Assembly (NCBI RefSeq): GCF_001194135.2
Contig: NC_068998.1
Location: 33,204,216-33,268,215 of the forward strand
Origin: Octopus bimaculoides
Lineage: Eukaryota
Reading direction: 5' to 3'
Length of the DNA: 64,000 nucleotides
Every line of letters begins with the position of its first letter. Position 1 is the first letter of the stretch. The position numbers and the translations under genes were made by a program. The notes below the pieces were generated by a model. It saw nothing but the letters and a program-made list of their open reading frames with translations, was not told the origin of the DNA and searched no databases. This document shows, in pieces, positions 52,040-64,000 of the stretch.

Positions 52040-52438
52040 ATATATAATACACTACACCTCCTAAGCTAAACTAAATAAGCATAAAAGAACTCTCCCTCTA
52101 AGTATTATTAATTATAAGTAGATACGAATAAGACCAGAGTTAGCCCCCTTTTCACCTAAATTTAAGGTTGCTTCCCTGTACTAACACCGTCGGTGCTATA
52201 AATATACGACGGATCCCACAATCATAAAATCACGTGGAGATGCATTTGATTAAAACCGGAATAATGAACTTAAATAGCACCCATCCTACATCCCCTTACA
52301 GGAAGACCAACACAACTTCAACTAAAACGTAAGGCTTTCTTTACCTATCGATATTATTACACCACCATATACATTAATATACCCACCAATCACTTCTCCT
52401 ACATCCCTCGCACAACGAACTCTTAACATACTCCTCAA

Positions 52439-52490
52439 CATTCTGATGAGATCTGCCAAACCATTGGCTAGATTGAAACGTACGTAAATG
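52439..52490 (+). ncRNA. Minimal type I hammerhead ribozyme with intact catalytic core
   Basis: CATT [stem I] CTGATGA G-ATCT-GCCAA-acca-TTGGC-t-AGAT-T [stem II] GAAA; palindrome ACGTACGT [stem III]; GTA triplet; AATG [stem I']. Confidence 0.8.
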
Positions 52491-52552
52491 ACTATTACAT
52501 AACCTCCACAATGACTCACTACATAACCTCAACCTCCACAATNNNNNNNNNN

Positions 52553-52589
<37 letters not shown>

Positions 52590-53449
52590 GAACTTCCACA
52601 CAGTTTTCATCTATCCAATCTTCACTCTCTAGATAATATTGTATTATCTTGTTTGTAATATGAAGACTCAAATGTGTATAAACTCATTACATTATTTTAC
52701 CTTTTATCCCTTTTCCCAGTCAATAAGAAAAGTGTCAGGTAAGTACTTGGTGTGATATATTTGAGTAAACCTTTGAAGTCAGTGTCCTGAATGGTCACAG
52801 TGAAATAAGTGAAACCAGTAAAAGAAATAAGATGAATATCCTTACTTTATACTCTGTATTCTCCAGTGTATAACACCCATGACAACATTAAAAAAAAAGA
52901 GACAATATCAGTGTTTTCATAGATATCAATATCAAGATTTTGTAAATATTTATTTTGTTCCTGGTTTATCTCCTAAACATCCTTTTTAAAATCTGTGTGC
53001 ATATTCTGTATTGATAAATAAGTAAATTATGGAATTACTGGATCATATTCTGCCACAAAACATCTCACAATGATCCAGTTTGCATACCTGTAAAAACACT
53101 TGTATTTCTCTGCTATACGTAATAGCAAGTCAGTAAAATTGGTGTTCTGTTAACTTAGATGAATTAACTAATATCCTGTTACAATAACCAGATGATGGTC
53201 TTAACTCTTTAATTGGAGTCATCTTTATATATGTAGGACTAATCATCCAATTATGTTTCTAATTTGGAAAGTTAATTTACTTACTTAGCTTGAGGACAGA
53301 AAAACCAACTAAATAACCATCCTCATCATCATCATCAACATTTAAAATCCGTTTTCCCTGCTAGTATGGGTTGAATGGCTTGGCTGAAACTGGCAAGGCC
53401 AGAAACCACACCAGGTTCCATAGTCTGTTGGCATTTTTGACAATACAAT

Positions 53450-54050
53450 GCTAATCACCATGATGGTGCAATCCTTTTGATATGCTATATCTAAATTCTC
53501 TGATCCATGCTGTGCATTCTGTCATCCAACATATTGCAATTCGGGATGAAGTATATCAACGATTTGGGATGTGTCTCATGTATGCTGGTTTCAACTTTAC
53601 TTCTGTATAAGAAACTAAACATAGGTGTAAAGAAGCTGGAATGGTTGGACTTGGTCAGATTTAGATATAGTCTTTATTACTTGGAATTTACTGAGCACTG
53701 TCATAGTATACAACACAAACTTCATGTTCTGAATTCATGTGGTTCAGACTTAATTGATCATCTTATTTAGCACTTTCACCTGGTACCTTTAGTGGACATC
53801 ACACTGGTGCAAGTATTTGTGCCGAGTCTATAGTTAGAAGATAACTTTCTCTCACCAGACTTGGAGGTCTCTAATAATGCTTCCCAGTGTTGATAGTTTG
53901 GTACATCAGAAACATTGCATGAATATGGCTGACCATGTCGAAATGATTGTTTATGTTTTTGAATTGTGTTTAAGTAATGCATTGCCGTGATACTCTCTCA
54001 AGGAGGCTTTCATTAAGTTCTGCATATTGTTGTTAAGGATGAAATCTGGA
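53450..54050 (-). mobile_element. Possible very old LINE ORF2 relic (CR1/L2-like)
   Basis: Unique-looking, stop-riddled sequence; minus frame KTISKSDQVQPFQLLYTYV is only weakly reminiscent of the CR1/L2 inter-domain region. Confidence 0.25.
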
Positions 54051-54343
54051 TCAAAACTATCAGATTCTACACAAAGCTATTCACTCTAAAGCAATTTAAT
54101 CACTTTCTTTAATTTGCCATATCATTTTTGTGTCAAAAATTTTCTATTAAATCAAGGTCCTGCCTATTTAAAACTAAACTGATAGAAAAAAATGTTTGTT
54201 TCCATTTAAATTGGTATAATATGACTTGCTATAGTTATCTATGAATGGAGTGTGTTTGTGAATATTGGAACCATTAATTTTAGCCTCAGACAACTGCTTT
54301 TTCTCTTTTAAATACATACACACACATGTACATATGTATTTAA

Positions 54344-54385
<42 letters not shown>

Positions 54386-54598
54386 TATATAATATATATA
54401 ATATATATATATACACAAGATATATATAATATATATATATATTTATATATGTATGTATATGTGTGTGTATATGTGTATGTAAATATATGTATATGTGCAT
54501 GTGTGTGCTTATGCTTACACTTGAATGCGTGTATGCATACACACACACACACACACTCATATATAAGTATGTGAGTGTGCACATACATACATACATTT

Positions 54599-54704
<106 letters not shown>

Positions 54705-55652
54705 TTTACCTATTGTCTTCTGCAATGCATTCACCATAAAATATTCTATTTAGTTTACATAGCCTCAGGATAACTACTCTATAATTGAAGTTAACTAATC
54801 TAATCTCTGTAATTTGCGCTGCCATTATCACTAAGTGTATGAATGTATCTGTAAGTTTGTTTCTATATATATGAATGCATGTGTTATGATTTTATGTGTA
54901 CATACATTAGTATAAGTACTAAGATGCATGCAGACTACAAGTTTTTGACTGGCAGGTATGTTATTTTAATGGTACAAAAAATATTTCTAATTACATCAAA
55001 TTAAAATCTATTTCTGTCCAAAGTAGAAAACAGTACAAATCTTTATCATATTTTGTCTTATACCTTTATTTATTTGTAGTTTTAATTTGTGTTTAGTGTG
55101 TCTGCGCGCGCGCGCGCGTGTTGAAATAGAAGTAAAATTGCGTAAGTTGGCAGGCTGCAGTGTGGAGAGTTTCTGATGCCTTAGATAATATCTTTCTTCG
55201 AAGAATGAGAAAAATATTTACTTCATTAATCAGTGATATTTAACACATCAGAGAATGACAGGAAGTGACAGGGAGTAGAAGTTGCTTAGTGGTGCATGCA
55301 TGTGAAATAAGTGGCTAAAGATAAAAGGTATGTGAAAAAAAGGAGTGAGAATTTGGGTCAAGATAAGGATAAGAGCAATAAAGGAAAAGGAAACTAAAGC
55401 AAGAATGAATGGTTAATAAAAGACAGGGATGGAGTGATGACTTGGTGAGGTCAGTTAGTGACCCCCTAACATGAGGTTTGTCACCAGTATTACTCACACA
55501 CTTGCAATAGTCATATACACACATTTGGTATGGATCTAGTTATTTATCTAAAAGAATTTTTAATGGAACATAAACACACTTACATGGACTCACTCATATA
55601 CACAAATCTGAGATTGGTCTAAACAACATTTTATATTCTTAGTATCTAAGTA

Positions 55653-56926
55653 TTGGGTCATCCCATAAATAATGCGTTCTTTTTCAATTGCATGAACTAA
55701 AATTCAGAAGGGGACAGGATAAACTACTTGCATAAACTTGCTATAAAAATAGGTAGTAATTTTACCTTGTGCTTATTCTTAGTGCAAGTTTTGAAGAGTG
55801 CGGTTTGATATTAACAGTTATTTTTTTCAAAGCTATAATAAAAATGACAAAGGAGTATATTCAGCATATTTTGCTTTATGAGTTCAATAAAGGCAACAAT
55901 GCAACAGAAAGTGTGAGGAACATTAATGCAGTATATGGGGATCAGACAATAAGTGTAAGCCAGTATCAACGGTAGTTCCAGAAATTCTGAACTGGAAACT
56001 ACAGCCTAGAAGATCTGGAAGATCTGTAGAACTTGATGAGGACATCCTGCAAACTCTGGTGAAACAAAATCCCATCATGACTGTTGAGAAACTAGCAGAG
56101 ATGCTTGGATTTGGTCATTCAACCATTCATTGACCTCTGTGTACCATCGGAAAAATCAGCAAATTGGATCAGTGGGTTACTCACCAACATTCCAAGCCTA
56201 ATCACACGCAGAGAGTGAATGTGTGCTCTTTTTTTACTGTCATGTCTCATGAATGAACCTTTTTTGAACTGAATAGTGACTAGTGATGAGAAATAGGTTC
56301 CCTATAAAAATGTCAAGCACTGAAGACAGTTGGTAGGGAAAGGAGAAACACTGGCACCCCAGGCTAAAGAATGTCTTCACCCATGTAAGGTGTTGTTATC
56401 TGTTTGGTGGGATATGAAAGGTTTAGTCCATTTTGATCTTTTAGACCCAAAGCAAACGATAACAAAGAAGATCTACTGTGAGCAGCTTGAGTGGCTTAAG
56501 TCAGTGCTAGAAGAAAAACGATCATCTTTGGTTTCAAGACGAAAGGTGTTCTTCCATCTGCTTGACCACATACAGCGAGGATGACATTCCAAAAGCTGGA
56601 GCAGTTTGAATGGGAAACGATGACCTACCCACCATATTCGCCAGACATTGCCCCATCTGATTATCATTTATTCCATAGTCTTCAAAATCATTTTGGATGG
56701 AAAAAATATGAATTCTGTAGACAAGATCAGAACAGTACTGAAGGAGTATTTTTCATCACGACCAAGTGAATTTTGGAAGAGAGGCCTTGCAAATCTACCA
56801 GATAGATAAAAGAGCATTGTAGAAAATGAAGGAGAATATGTTTTAAATTAAAGAAGAACTTTGTTTATCTTAATTTTAAAAAATAAAAGAAGTGTAAAAA
56901 ACTGCATTATCTATAGGATGACCCAA
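55653..56926 (+). mobile_element. Full-length (1274 nt) mariner transposon, transposase disrupted
   Basis: TA-TTGGGTCATCCCATAAATAATGC ... GCATTATCTATAGGATGACCCAA-TA TIRs; HPCKVLLSVWWDMKG and YPPYSPDIAPSDYHLF motifs; internal stops. Confidence 0.93.
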
Positions 56927-57424
56927 TATTTTTGTATACTCCTACAAATCTAAATCTATTGTATTTTCCAGTTATCTAATTCTATCATATATAACTGTGA
57001 TTTAACTATGTTATATACTTCTATCTCCTAAATTGTGTGGAAAATTAGCAAAATCATTAGAGGTTGGATAGAATGCTTTCTTGTATTCACTCCAGCACTC
57101 AGTGGAAATCCTTATAAGGTTAACATTGTCTTCCATTTTTCAAGGTCAATAAGTTAAGTACAGTGCAATACTGAGATTGATCCCTCTTTCTCATTAGATT
57201 GTACCTGTAATTCAAGTGGCCAGCCATGTCACGTTGCATAATTTAACCTACAAAATGCATTAGGGTTAGACATGTCAGTGGAATACACAGCCAAATATAT
57301 TTTAATTTCATGAGTAAGAATTTAATTGGTCAAAAATGCTCATCATTAAGACTACATCACCAACTATATCTGTCATATATTTCTGCTATTTATATTCATC
57401 ATATATTCTTGTTGTCTAACTTTA

Positions 57425-57817
57425 TTATTCTTTCCTATTCTTTTATTTGTATGAGTCATTTGACTGCGGCCATGCTGGAGCACCGCCTTTAGTCGAACAA
57501 ATCAACCCCAGGACTTATTCTTTGTAAGCCTAGTACTTATTCTATTGGTCTGCTTTGCTGAACCACTGAGTTACAGGGATGTAAGCACACCAACATCGGT
57601 TGTCAAGTGATGGTGGAGGGACAAATACAGACACACAAACATATACATACATACATATATACATATATGACAGACTTCTGTCAGTTTCCATCTGACAAAT
57701 TCACTCACAAGGCTTTGGTTGGCCTGAGGTTATAGTAGAAGACACTTGCCCAAGGTGCCATGCAGTGGAACTGAACCCAGAGCCATGTGGTTGGTAAGCA
57801 AGCTACTTACCACACTG
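57425..57817 (-). mobile_element. Near full-length composite CORE-type SINE
   Basis: Colinear with 7829-8220 over head, CORE-like part, microsatellite and 3' module. Confidence 0.8.
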
Positions 57818-59083
57818 TTTTTAGGTATGGTTGTTGTTGTCATAGTATGTGCTACTGTACCGAATCTCTGGCATATGTTTGTTTCAAAAATATAAATATA
57901 AATTTAAGGTACTTTGTGTAAATGTGACTTCAATTTTATTTTTTTATTTTTGTGTCTTAGCGTGTGTGTTATTACATACAAATTACAACCAGAGTATATC
58001 AGGATAATGCAAAATAGTATTATTTTAAAAAAAATTGACCATATTTTCTGGGTGTACAACACTCACCTAGTATACCAGAATACATGCCTCTCACTCCTGA
58101 CTAAAAATCAATGATATGCTTTTACTATGCAGTTCTATTGTATACAAGTGGTATCTAATCCTATTGTATATAGTTTGAACATCTAAATTCCTTTATGTGA
58201 AACAAGATAATACCAAATAATGTTTTAAAATATATATCAACTCTGAGCATTAGAGTTGGAAATTTCCTTTGAAGCCAAGTACTTTAGATCATAATATAAC
58301 AACATACATGGAGGGCAAACAATCATTGTATAGAAAGACATCATTGTTTATTATATTTTCAAATGGCAAAAAAACTGAGAAGATGCTTTTCTAGATTGAA
58401 ACTGAGTAGAGAATAAGGAGGAAATGAAGCAAATATTTTTAAAGAGTGATCATGAAAGAGGAACTTAAAATACAAAGGGAAATTCAAATTCGGATCAATA
58501 AAACCTTTGTTTTTTATTGATTTTCAATACGAGTTCAAATTTTAGTTTTGAAAAAATATCCTCCTTTCTGATTTTGGTTAATAAAAACAGTTTTATTACT
58601 TTGAAATTTAAACCATTGGGGAAGGAAAGGAAATTCAATCTATTGACATCATTTTATCTGATTTTATTTATTTCTGGTGGGTTATTTTTCTTGTAAATCG
58701 TGTATATGATGTCAGATGTACTTATCAAGGGAACAATCACACAATTATTTATCATGCAGTGTTCTAATGTTCTTATCAACTATATTAGTGTGCTGATAGA
58801 ACTGAAGAAGAACTGAAATAAGAATTCTTTCAAATCTGACATAATGAAAGTTTTGGGCACATTTTTTTCTCAAAGTCTATTTTACTTAAAATGTTCCTTC
58901 ACAAAAAGATTAAATATGAATTGGTAAATGCTGGAATACTATATACTTAAGTCTGTTTGTATTATAAGTTTAATTCTGATGCAAGTTGGCTTTGACTTAT
59001 CTCAAGTTGATGAAATAAGTAATTCACTTCCTCAATTATCCCTCTAATTTGTAACTTGTGCTAATATTAGACATCAATATAAG

Positions 59084-59849
59084 CTAATAAATTTTAGATA
59101 TGTGAACGACAGATTCGTCCTCATATGTTGAATCTTGGCTAAATGAAGTCCTCCGGCTACAGTTATGGGAGCACATGAATTCAACACTGCAGCTAACATA
59201 GTTAATTTTAAACCAGAGTTATTCTTTAAGATAATTGTTTTCTTTGTACTAAGGATGAAATTTTAAATAATTAAAATTTCTTGACTTATTATATGCTAGC
59301 ATTCATCTTTTTAATTCTTTTTTTTTTTTATCTGAATGTTTACCTCTGACTAATTATTCTCTTAGAGCAATACTGCCACTTACAGTTTACTATATTGTTG
59401 TCCTTATTACAACAATATATATTACATGGCTTGTCTACAGGCAAAACATTGGGCAAAGTAATACAAACCACACTGTCATCAGGTATTCTGATGACCCAAT
59501 CATTTATATTTAATATACAATGTATTCTTTTCATATTATAGAAATATTAAAGCAACAATAACTTACTATGTACACCGTTTATATTAGTTGAAGTGGTGTC
59601 CTCATCTTCATTGTTGCCTTCACTATGTTTTGGCTGTTGTACACTCCAACCATCTTCAGTTGTCCTGTGATTTGCCTTAGTGCCTTCTTCATCTCAGTAA
59701 TATAGACTCGTAATAATTTACTAATTTACTGTTGTATTTTCAACACTTGAATTTTGTCCTATATCCTTGGTACTTTGTCCAGTTTTTGCAGCATGGTAAT
59801 CCTTTCTTTACCTTATTTTCACAAAATCCTTATAAGCTGTTGCGGACTT
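59084..59849 (-). other. Candidate three-exon spliced segment (59567-59849, 59344-59434, 59084-59192), unrecognised product
   Basis: Strong acceptor TTTTTTATTTCCTTTACTTCTTGCAG and donor GTAAGT on the first exon; GT-AG introns of 132 and 151 nt join in frame, but the first exon has four in-frame stops in its 5' half. Confidence 0.25.
59366..59482 (+). CDS. Alternative candidate 117-nt exon encoding a hydrophobic segment
   Basis: TTATTCTCTTAG acceptor, CAG/GTATTC donor, open frame AILPLTVYYIVVLITTIYITWLVYRQNIGQSNTNHTVI; no homolog recognised; overlaps the minus-strand model. Confidence 0.2.
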
Positions 59850-60076
59850 CTGCAAGAAGTAAAGGAAATAAAAAACTGGTATTCAGTTTATTTGTGAATA
59901 CTTCTCTGTTCCTTAAGTTGAAATATAATCTTTATTCTGTACAATATAACATTTTGGCAAGGAAACTCAAAAAATTTTAGTGAAGTATAAAAGATATTTT
60001 GCATTTCTGAAAATAAACACACATAAAACTGAAACAAAACCATGCAAACTCACAATTGTTAAACAGACTTATAAAC

Positions 60077-60308
60077 TTATTGTTATATTTCATGTGACAT
60101 GTTTTATTTTGGCTAGACTCTCTCTCTCTTTCTCCCTCTCTGTCTTTCTCCCTCTCTGTCTTTCTCCCTCTCTGTCTTTCTCCCTCTCTATCTTTCTCCC
60201 TCTCTTTCTCCCTCTCTATCTTTTTCCCTCTCTCTCTCCCCTCTCTCTCACACACACTCATACACATCAATATACTGTCAAGTGCATCTATCTATATGTA
60301 GGTACAGC
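60077..60308 (+). repeat. Microsatellite-cored module, copy 1
   Basis: TTATTGTTATATTTCATG...TTTTATTTTGGCTAGAC(TC-rich)...CACACACTCATAC...CTGTCAAGTGCATCT.TCTATATGTA.GTACAGC recurs at 62075-62243. Confidence 0.75.
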
Positions 60309-60619
60309 ACTTCTAAATGAATCTCCAGTGGGATAAAGTTGGTGGATAATCCTTATGTAAGCAATCACACTCTAGCATTATTTTGTGAGCTGTTGTATTC
60401 CAGCTGAGAATAATGACTTCTAGAAGAATTACTTTGGTTCAAAATCTCCGTACATTATTGCTATATCTAATAACTATGAAAGTGTTTACACTAAAAATGT
60501 TGCTGCAACAAATGGCATCGGAAATAAGATAACTAAAATTATTATTTGTCAAAATAGCCTCAGTAGCAATAATTTCATAGTTCTACTATATTGACTTGTA
60601 GCCATTGTTTTATATTTTT

Positions 60620-60955
60620 AACTTATTATATCTTTATCTTTAGCCATGCTGGGGGTACTGCCTTTGGGGTTTAGTCAAAAGATTGATTTCAGTACTTATT
60701 TTTTTAATGTCTGGTAATCTTTCTTTCAGTCTCTTTTGCCAAACTACTACGTTATAGAGACATAAACAAATCAGCACTGGTTGTCAAGCAATTGGGAGAG
60801 AAGTATGCACACACAAAGACACATATATATGTGATAGTCTTCCACACAGTTTCCATCTTTCAAATTCACTCTGAAGGCATTGATCAGACAGGAACTATAA
60901 CAGAAGACACCTACCCAAATACCATGCAGTGGAACTGAACTCACAACCAATCTTC
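60620..60955 (-). mobile_element. Decayed composite CORE-type SINE
   Basis: Colinear with 57425-57817 (GCCATGCTGG..CAGTACTTA..GGTTGTCAAG..AGAAGACAC..CCATGCAGTGGAACTGAAC). Confidence 0.65.
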
Positions 60956-61447
60956 TTAATCAAAATATCCATGCTTACACCTGTAAATAATTTTGATAGA
61001 TTATTTCTTTGTCCATATAATTTTGATGATTTTTCTCAACATAATATTACACAAATCTGGACTACAAAGCCTGTCTAGTTAAAATTTATTGAAATGGCAT
61101 CAGATTCACAAATATGGGAATACTTTGTAGGAAATTAAAGGGCTGACTTTAGAGATAATGATTTTGAATTATATACAATTTTATTTTATTTCTTTCTTGA
61201 TAACTACAAATAGACCTCCTTTGATCATGTTCGTAGAATAATGCAATAAGCATATACACAGCAGATGGTTTGTGAGTACAACTTTAAAATATGGTACATG
61301 GAAATTAACAGCTCTTAATTTACAACATCAGTCAACACAAAGTTACATAAATATATTTTTTAAATATATATATTTTTGTGTTTTACAAAATTTGCTGTTA
61401 AAGAAAATGTGTGTGTGTAAGTGTGTGTGTATGTGTGTGTGTGTGTG

Positions 61448-61488
<41 letters not shown>

Positions 61489-61976
61489 CGCGTGTGTGCA
61501 TGTATGTATAATCATGTTTGTGAAGTTAAAATGTTTACTAGCAGATAATAAGAAGCAGTAAAAAGAAAACTTTGGTATTTTCACACTGGTAGAATTTATT
61601 CTGGCAAGTTAAAGTAGAAGTGAAGTGCTAGTAAGAGTGAATAAAAGACTATTTACATATGGCTGCCAGTGACAGCTAAATGAAAGTTAGAAGCAGACAG
61701 CAATTTTCTTCTGTTTAAATAGCCAAAATATAGGCTCACAAACCATTAGTCTCTCATTGGCAAAATTTTTTAACTGACTAGAAATACATGATAACAGTAG
61801 AACTAATATGTCATTTGTATAAAGTCACAACTACACTACGAAATGCAGTCAGTAGAAATGACATTATAATATATAAGTGCAAAATATGTTTGCTATATTT
61901 CAGAAAACCATTATTAGCCTATAGCCTAGCTTGACTAAATCTACTACTAGAGCTTCTGTTTTTCAGAAATTCAATC

Positions 61977-62113
61977 ATCTTTATCTTTTGCTTGTTTCAG
62001 TCATTACAATGCTAGAACATTACTTTTAAAGGTTTAGTTGAGCAAATCAACCCCAGTACGTTCTTCCTCAAGCCTTATTGTTATATTTCATGTAGCATAT
62101 TTTATTTTGGCTA

Positions 62114-62178
<65 letters not shown>

Positions 62179-62335
62179 TCTCTAACACACACTCATACGC
62201 ATCTCCACACTGTCAAGTGCATCTGTCTATATGTAAGTACAGCCTGGTCCTATTCTACCAGATTCTTTTATTCAAATTGCTAAGTTGCAGGGATATAAAC
62301 AAATCAACACTGGTTATCAAGTGGTAGTGGGGGAT
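61977..62335 (-). mobile_element. SINE 3' module interrupted by module copy 2 (62075-62244)
   Basis: SINE sequence ...CCTCAAGCC resumes as ...AGCCTGGTCCTATTCTACC after the insert. Confidence 0.65.
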
Positions 62336-62336
62336 G

Positions 62337-64000
62337 GGTCATAGCCCAACTAATAAGGGAGAGAGTCAGTTTAAATGAGATGCAATTTAGGTCTGTGCCA
62401 CGGAAAAGCACTACTGATGCGATATTTCTGGCAAGACAGCTGCTGGAGAAATACCTAGCCAAAGATAAACCTCAGTACCTGGCTTTTGTTGACATGGAGA
62501 AAGCCTTTGACAGGGTTCCCTGATCTCTCATCTGGTGATCAAGGTGAAAACTAGGGATAGATGAGTGATTAGTGAGAGCTGTACAAGCCATGTAAAGGGA
62601 TGCTGTCAGTAAGGTGAGGGTTGGCAACGAGGACAGTGAAGAATTCTGGGTAGGGGTAGAGTCCACCAAGGATCAGTCCTCAGCCCGCTCTTATTCATCA
62701 TAGTCCTCCAGGCAATAATAGAGGAATTCAAGACGGGATGCTCCTGGGAGCTTCGCTATGCTGATGACCTTGCTCTAATAGCTGAGTCACTATCAGAACT
62801 AGAGGAGAAGTTTCAGGTGTGGAAACAAGGATTAGAATCGAAGGCCTTAGAGCCAATCTAGCAAAAACCAAGGTCTTATAAGTAAGAAGGCAGACAAACC
62901 ACAAATCCCTTCAGGTAGATGGCCCTGCTTGATCTGTAGAAAAGGCGTAGGTAGAAACTCCATAAGATGTACCTGCTGTAAGCTATGGACAAATAAGAGG
63001 TCCAGCAATATCAACTGGGAAGATAGTTTTTGTGCGAGGCAAATTCTCAGGGGCAATAAACACTGAAAATGTGCAGAAAACAACTTCCGTCATATGTCAA
63101 GGGGAACAACTACAAGTAGTTGATAGCTTCCATTACCTAGGTGACCAGGTCAGTAGCAGGGATGGATGCTCTGAGAGAGTTGCTGCTAGAATAAGAATAG
63201 CCTGGGTAAAGTTCAGAGAGCTCCTATCTCTGCTGATGACACAGGGCCTCTTGCTCAGAGTAAAAGGTAGACTGTATGACGCATGTATGCAAACAGCCAT
63301 GCTACATGGTAGTAAAACATGGGCCATGACTGCTGAGGACATGTGTAAGCTTGCAATGAATGAAGTTAGTATGCTTCGCTGGATGTGTAATGTCAGTGTG
63401 CATACACGACAGAGTGTAAGCAGCCTGAGAGAAAAGTTGGACATAAGAAGCCTCAGATGTAGTGTGCAAGAGAGATGACTGCACTGGTATGGTCATGTGT
63501 TGTCTATGGATGAGGACAGCTGTGTGAAGAAGTGTCACACCCTAGCAGTTGAGGGAACCTGTGGAAAAGGTAGACCCAGGAAGACCTCGGATGAGCTGGT
63601 AAAGCACGACCTTTGAACGTTGGGTCTCATGGAGGTGATGAGAAGGGACTGAGACCTTTGGAGATATGCTATGCTTGAGAAAACCCGGCAAGCAAAGTGA
63701 AACCGTAACCATGGCCTATGACAATGCAGAATAACCGGTCCATTTAAGAGTACCCTTCAATCATTGGGCAATAAAATGTGCTTGTGAAGACCTGTTGAGT
63801 CAAGTGAAGGTATAGTTGTGACCGATGGCAGTACCACTTGATTAGCACCCATGCTGGTGGCACATGAAAAGCACCATTTGTGTGTGGTTGATGCCAGTGC
63901 CACCTGACTGGTCTCATGCTGGTGGAACATAAAAAGCACCATTGAAGCATGACATTGCTCTTGCCACCTGACTGGCTCCCGTGCCAGTGGCATGTAAAAA
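62337..64000 (+). mobile_element. 5'-truncated RTE LINE (RT pseudogene and 3'UTR), runs off window
   Basis: YLAFVDMEKAFDRVP, RYADDLALIAES, WPCLICRKGVGRNSIRC, YLGDQV..RIRIAWVKFREL; colinear with 14830-16450. Confidence 0.92.

Larger units (their letters stand above)
48925..52542 (+). mobile_element. Penelope-like retroelement (RT with C-terminal GIY-YIG endonuclease), gapped
   Basis: N-terminus IPIPPRNVYLKEVISKITDFTHRLSWKALF; RT MGAPDSAQISDLVGIYLL..GGLYRDDAL; endonuclease CGCRDRNKCNFSNRC..IVYQ..SYIGATKNQIRLRYNEH..CQLCLTE; 3' region carries a hammerhead. Confidence 0.92.

Noticed and set aside
59590-59900. GPCR-like TM6/TM7 wording on the plus strand (FTMFWLLY, NLLIYCCIFN)
   Set aside because: Motif spacing is too short, stops intervene, and T-rich DNA yields hydrophobic translations by chance.
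63830-64000. Regularly spaced repeats resembling a CRISPR array
   Set aside because: Whole units are homologous (no unique spacers), there are no cas genes, and they lie inside a eukaryotic LINE 3'UTR.

Overview
AT-rich, microsatellite-dense, gapped eukaryotic DNA (8 N-runs). The repeat inventory points to an octopus genome; this is inferred from recognising the repeat families, not from a search. No host protein-coding gene could be recognised with confidence, and nearly all coding signal is transposon-derived. It comprises RTE-clade LINEs (two long copies and many 3' ends), a decayed L1/Tx1-clade LINE, an R4/NeSL-type endonuclease fragment, five mariner copies or fragments, a hAT (SPIN/Charlie-like) transposase relic, two SINE families, and two adjacent Penelope-like elements (PLEs). 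The most notable signal is a set of hammerhead-ribozyme motifs. A core-intact minimal type I hammerhead sits in the 3' terminal region of the main PLE (52439-52490). A decayed one follows the upstream PLE fragment, and further relics occur in a short non-coding repeat family elsewhere in the window. Other points of interest are a C4HC3 (PHD-like) finger embedded in the RTE ORF2, several closely spaced inverted repeat pairs (candidate dsRNA/ADAR substrates), and an ambiguous cluster of splice-compatible exons at about 59.1-59.9 kb.
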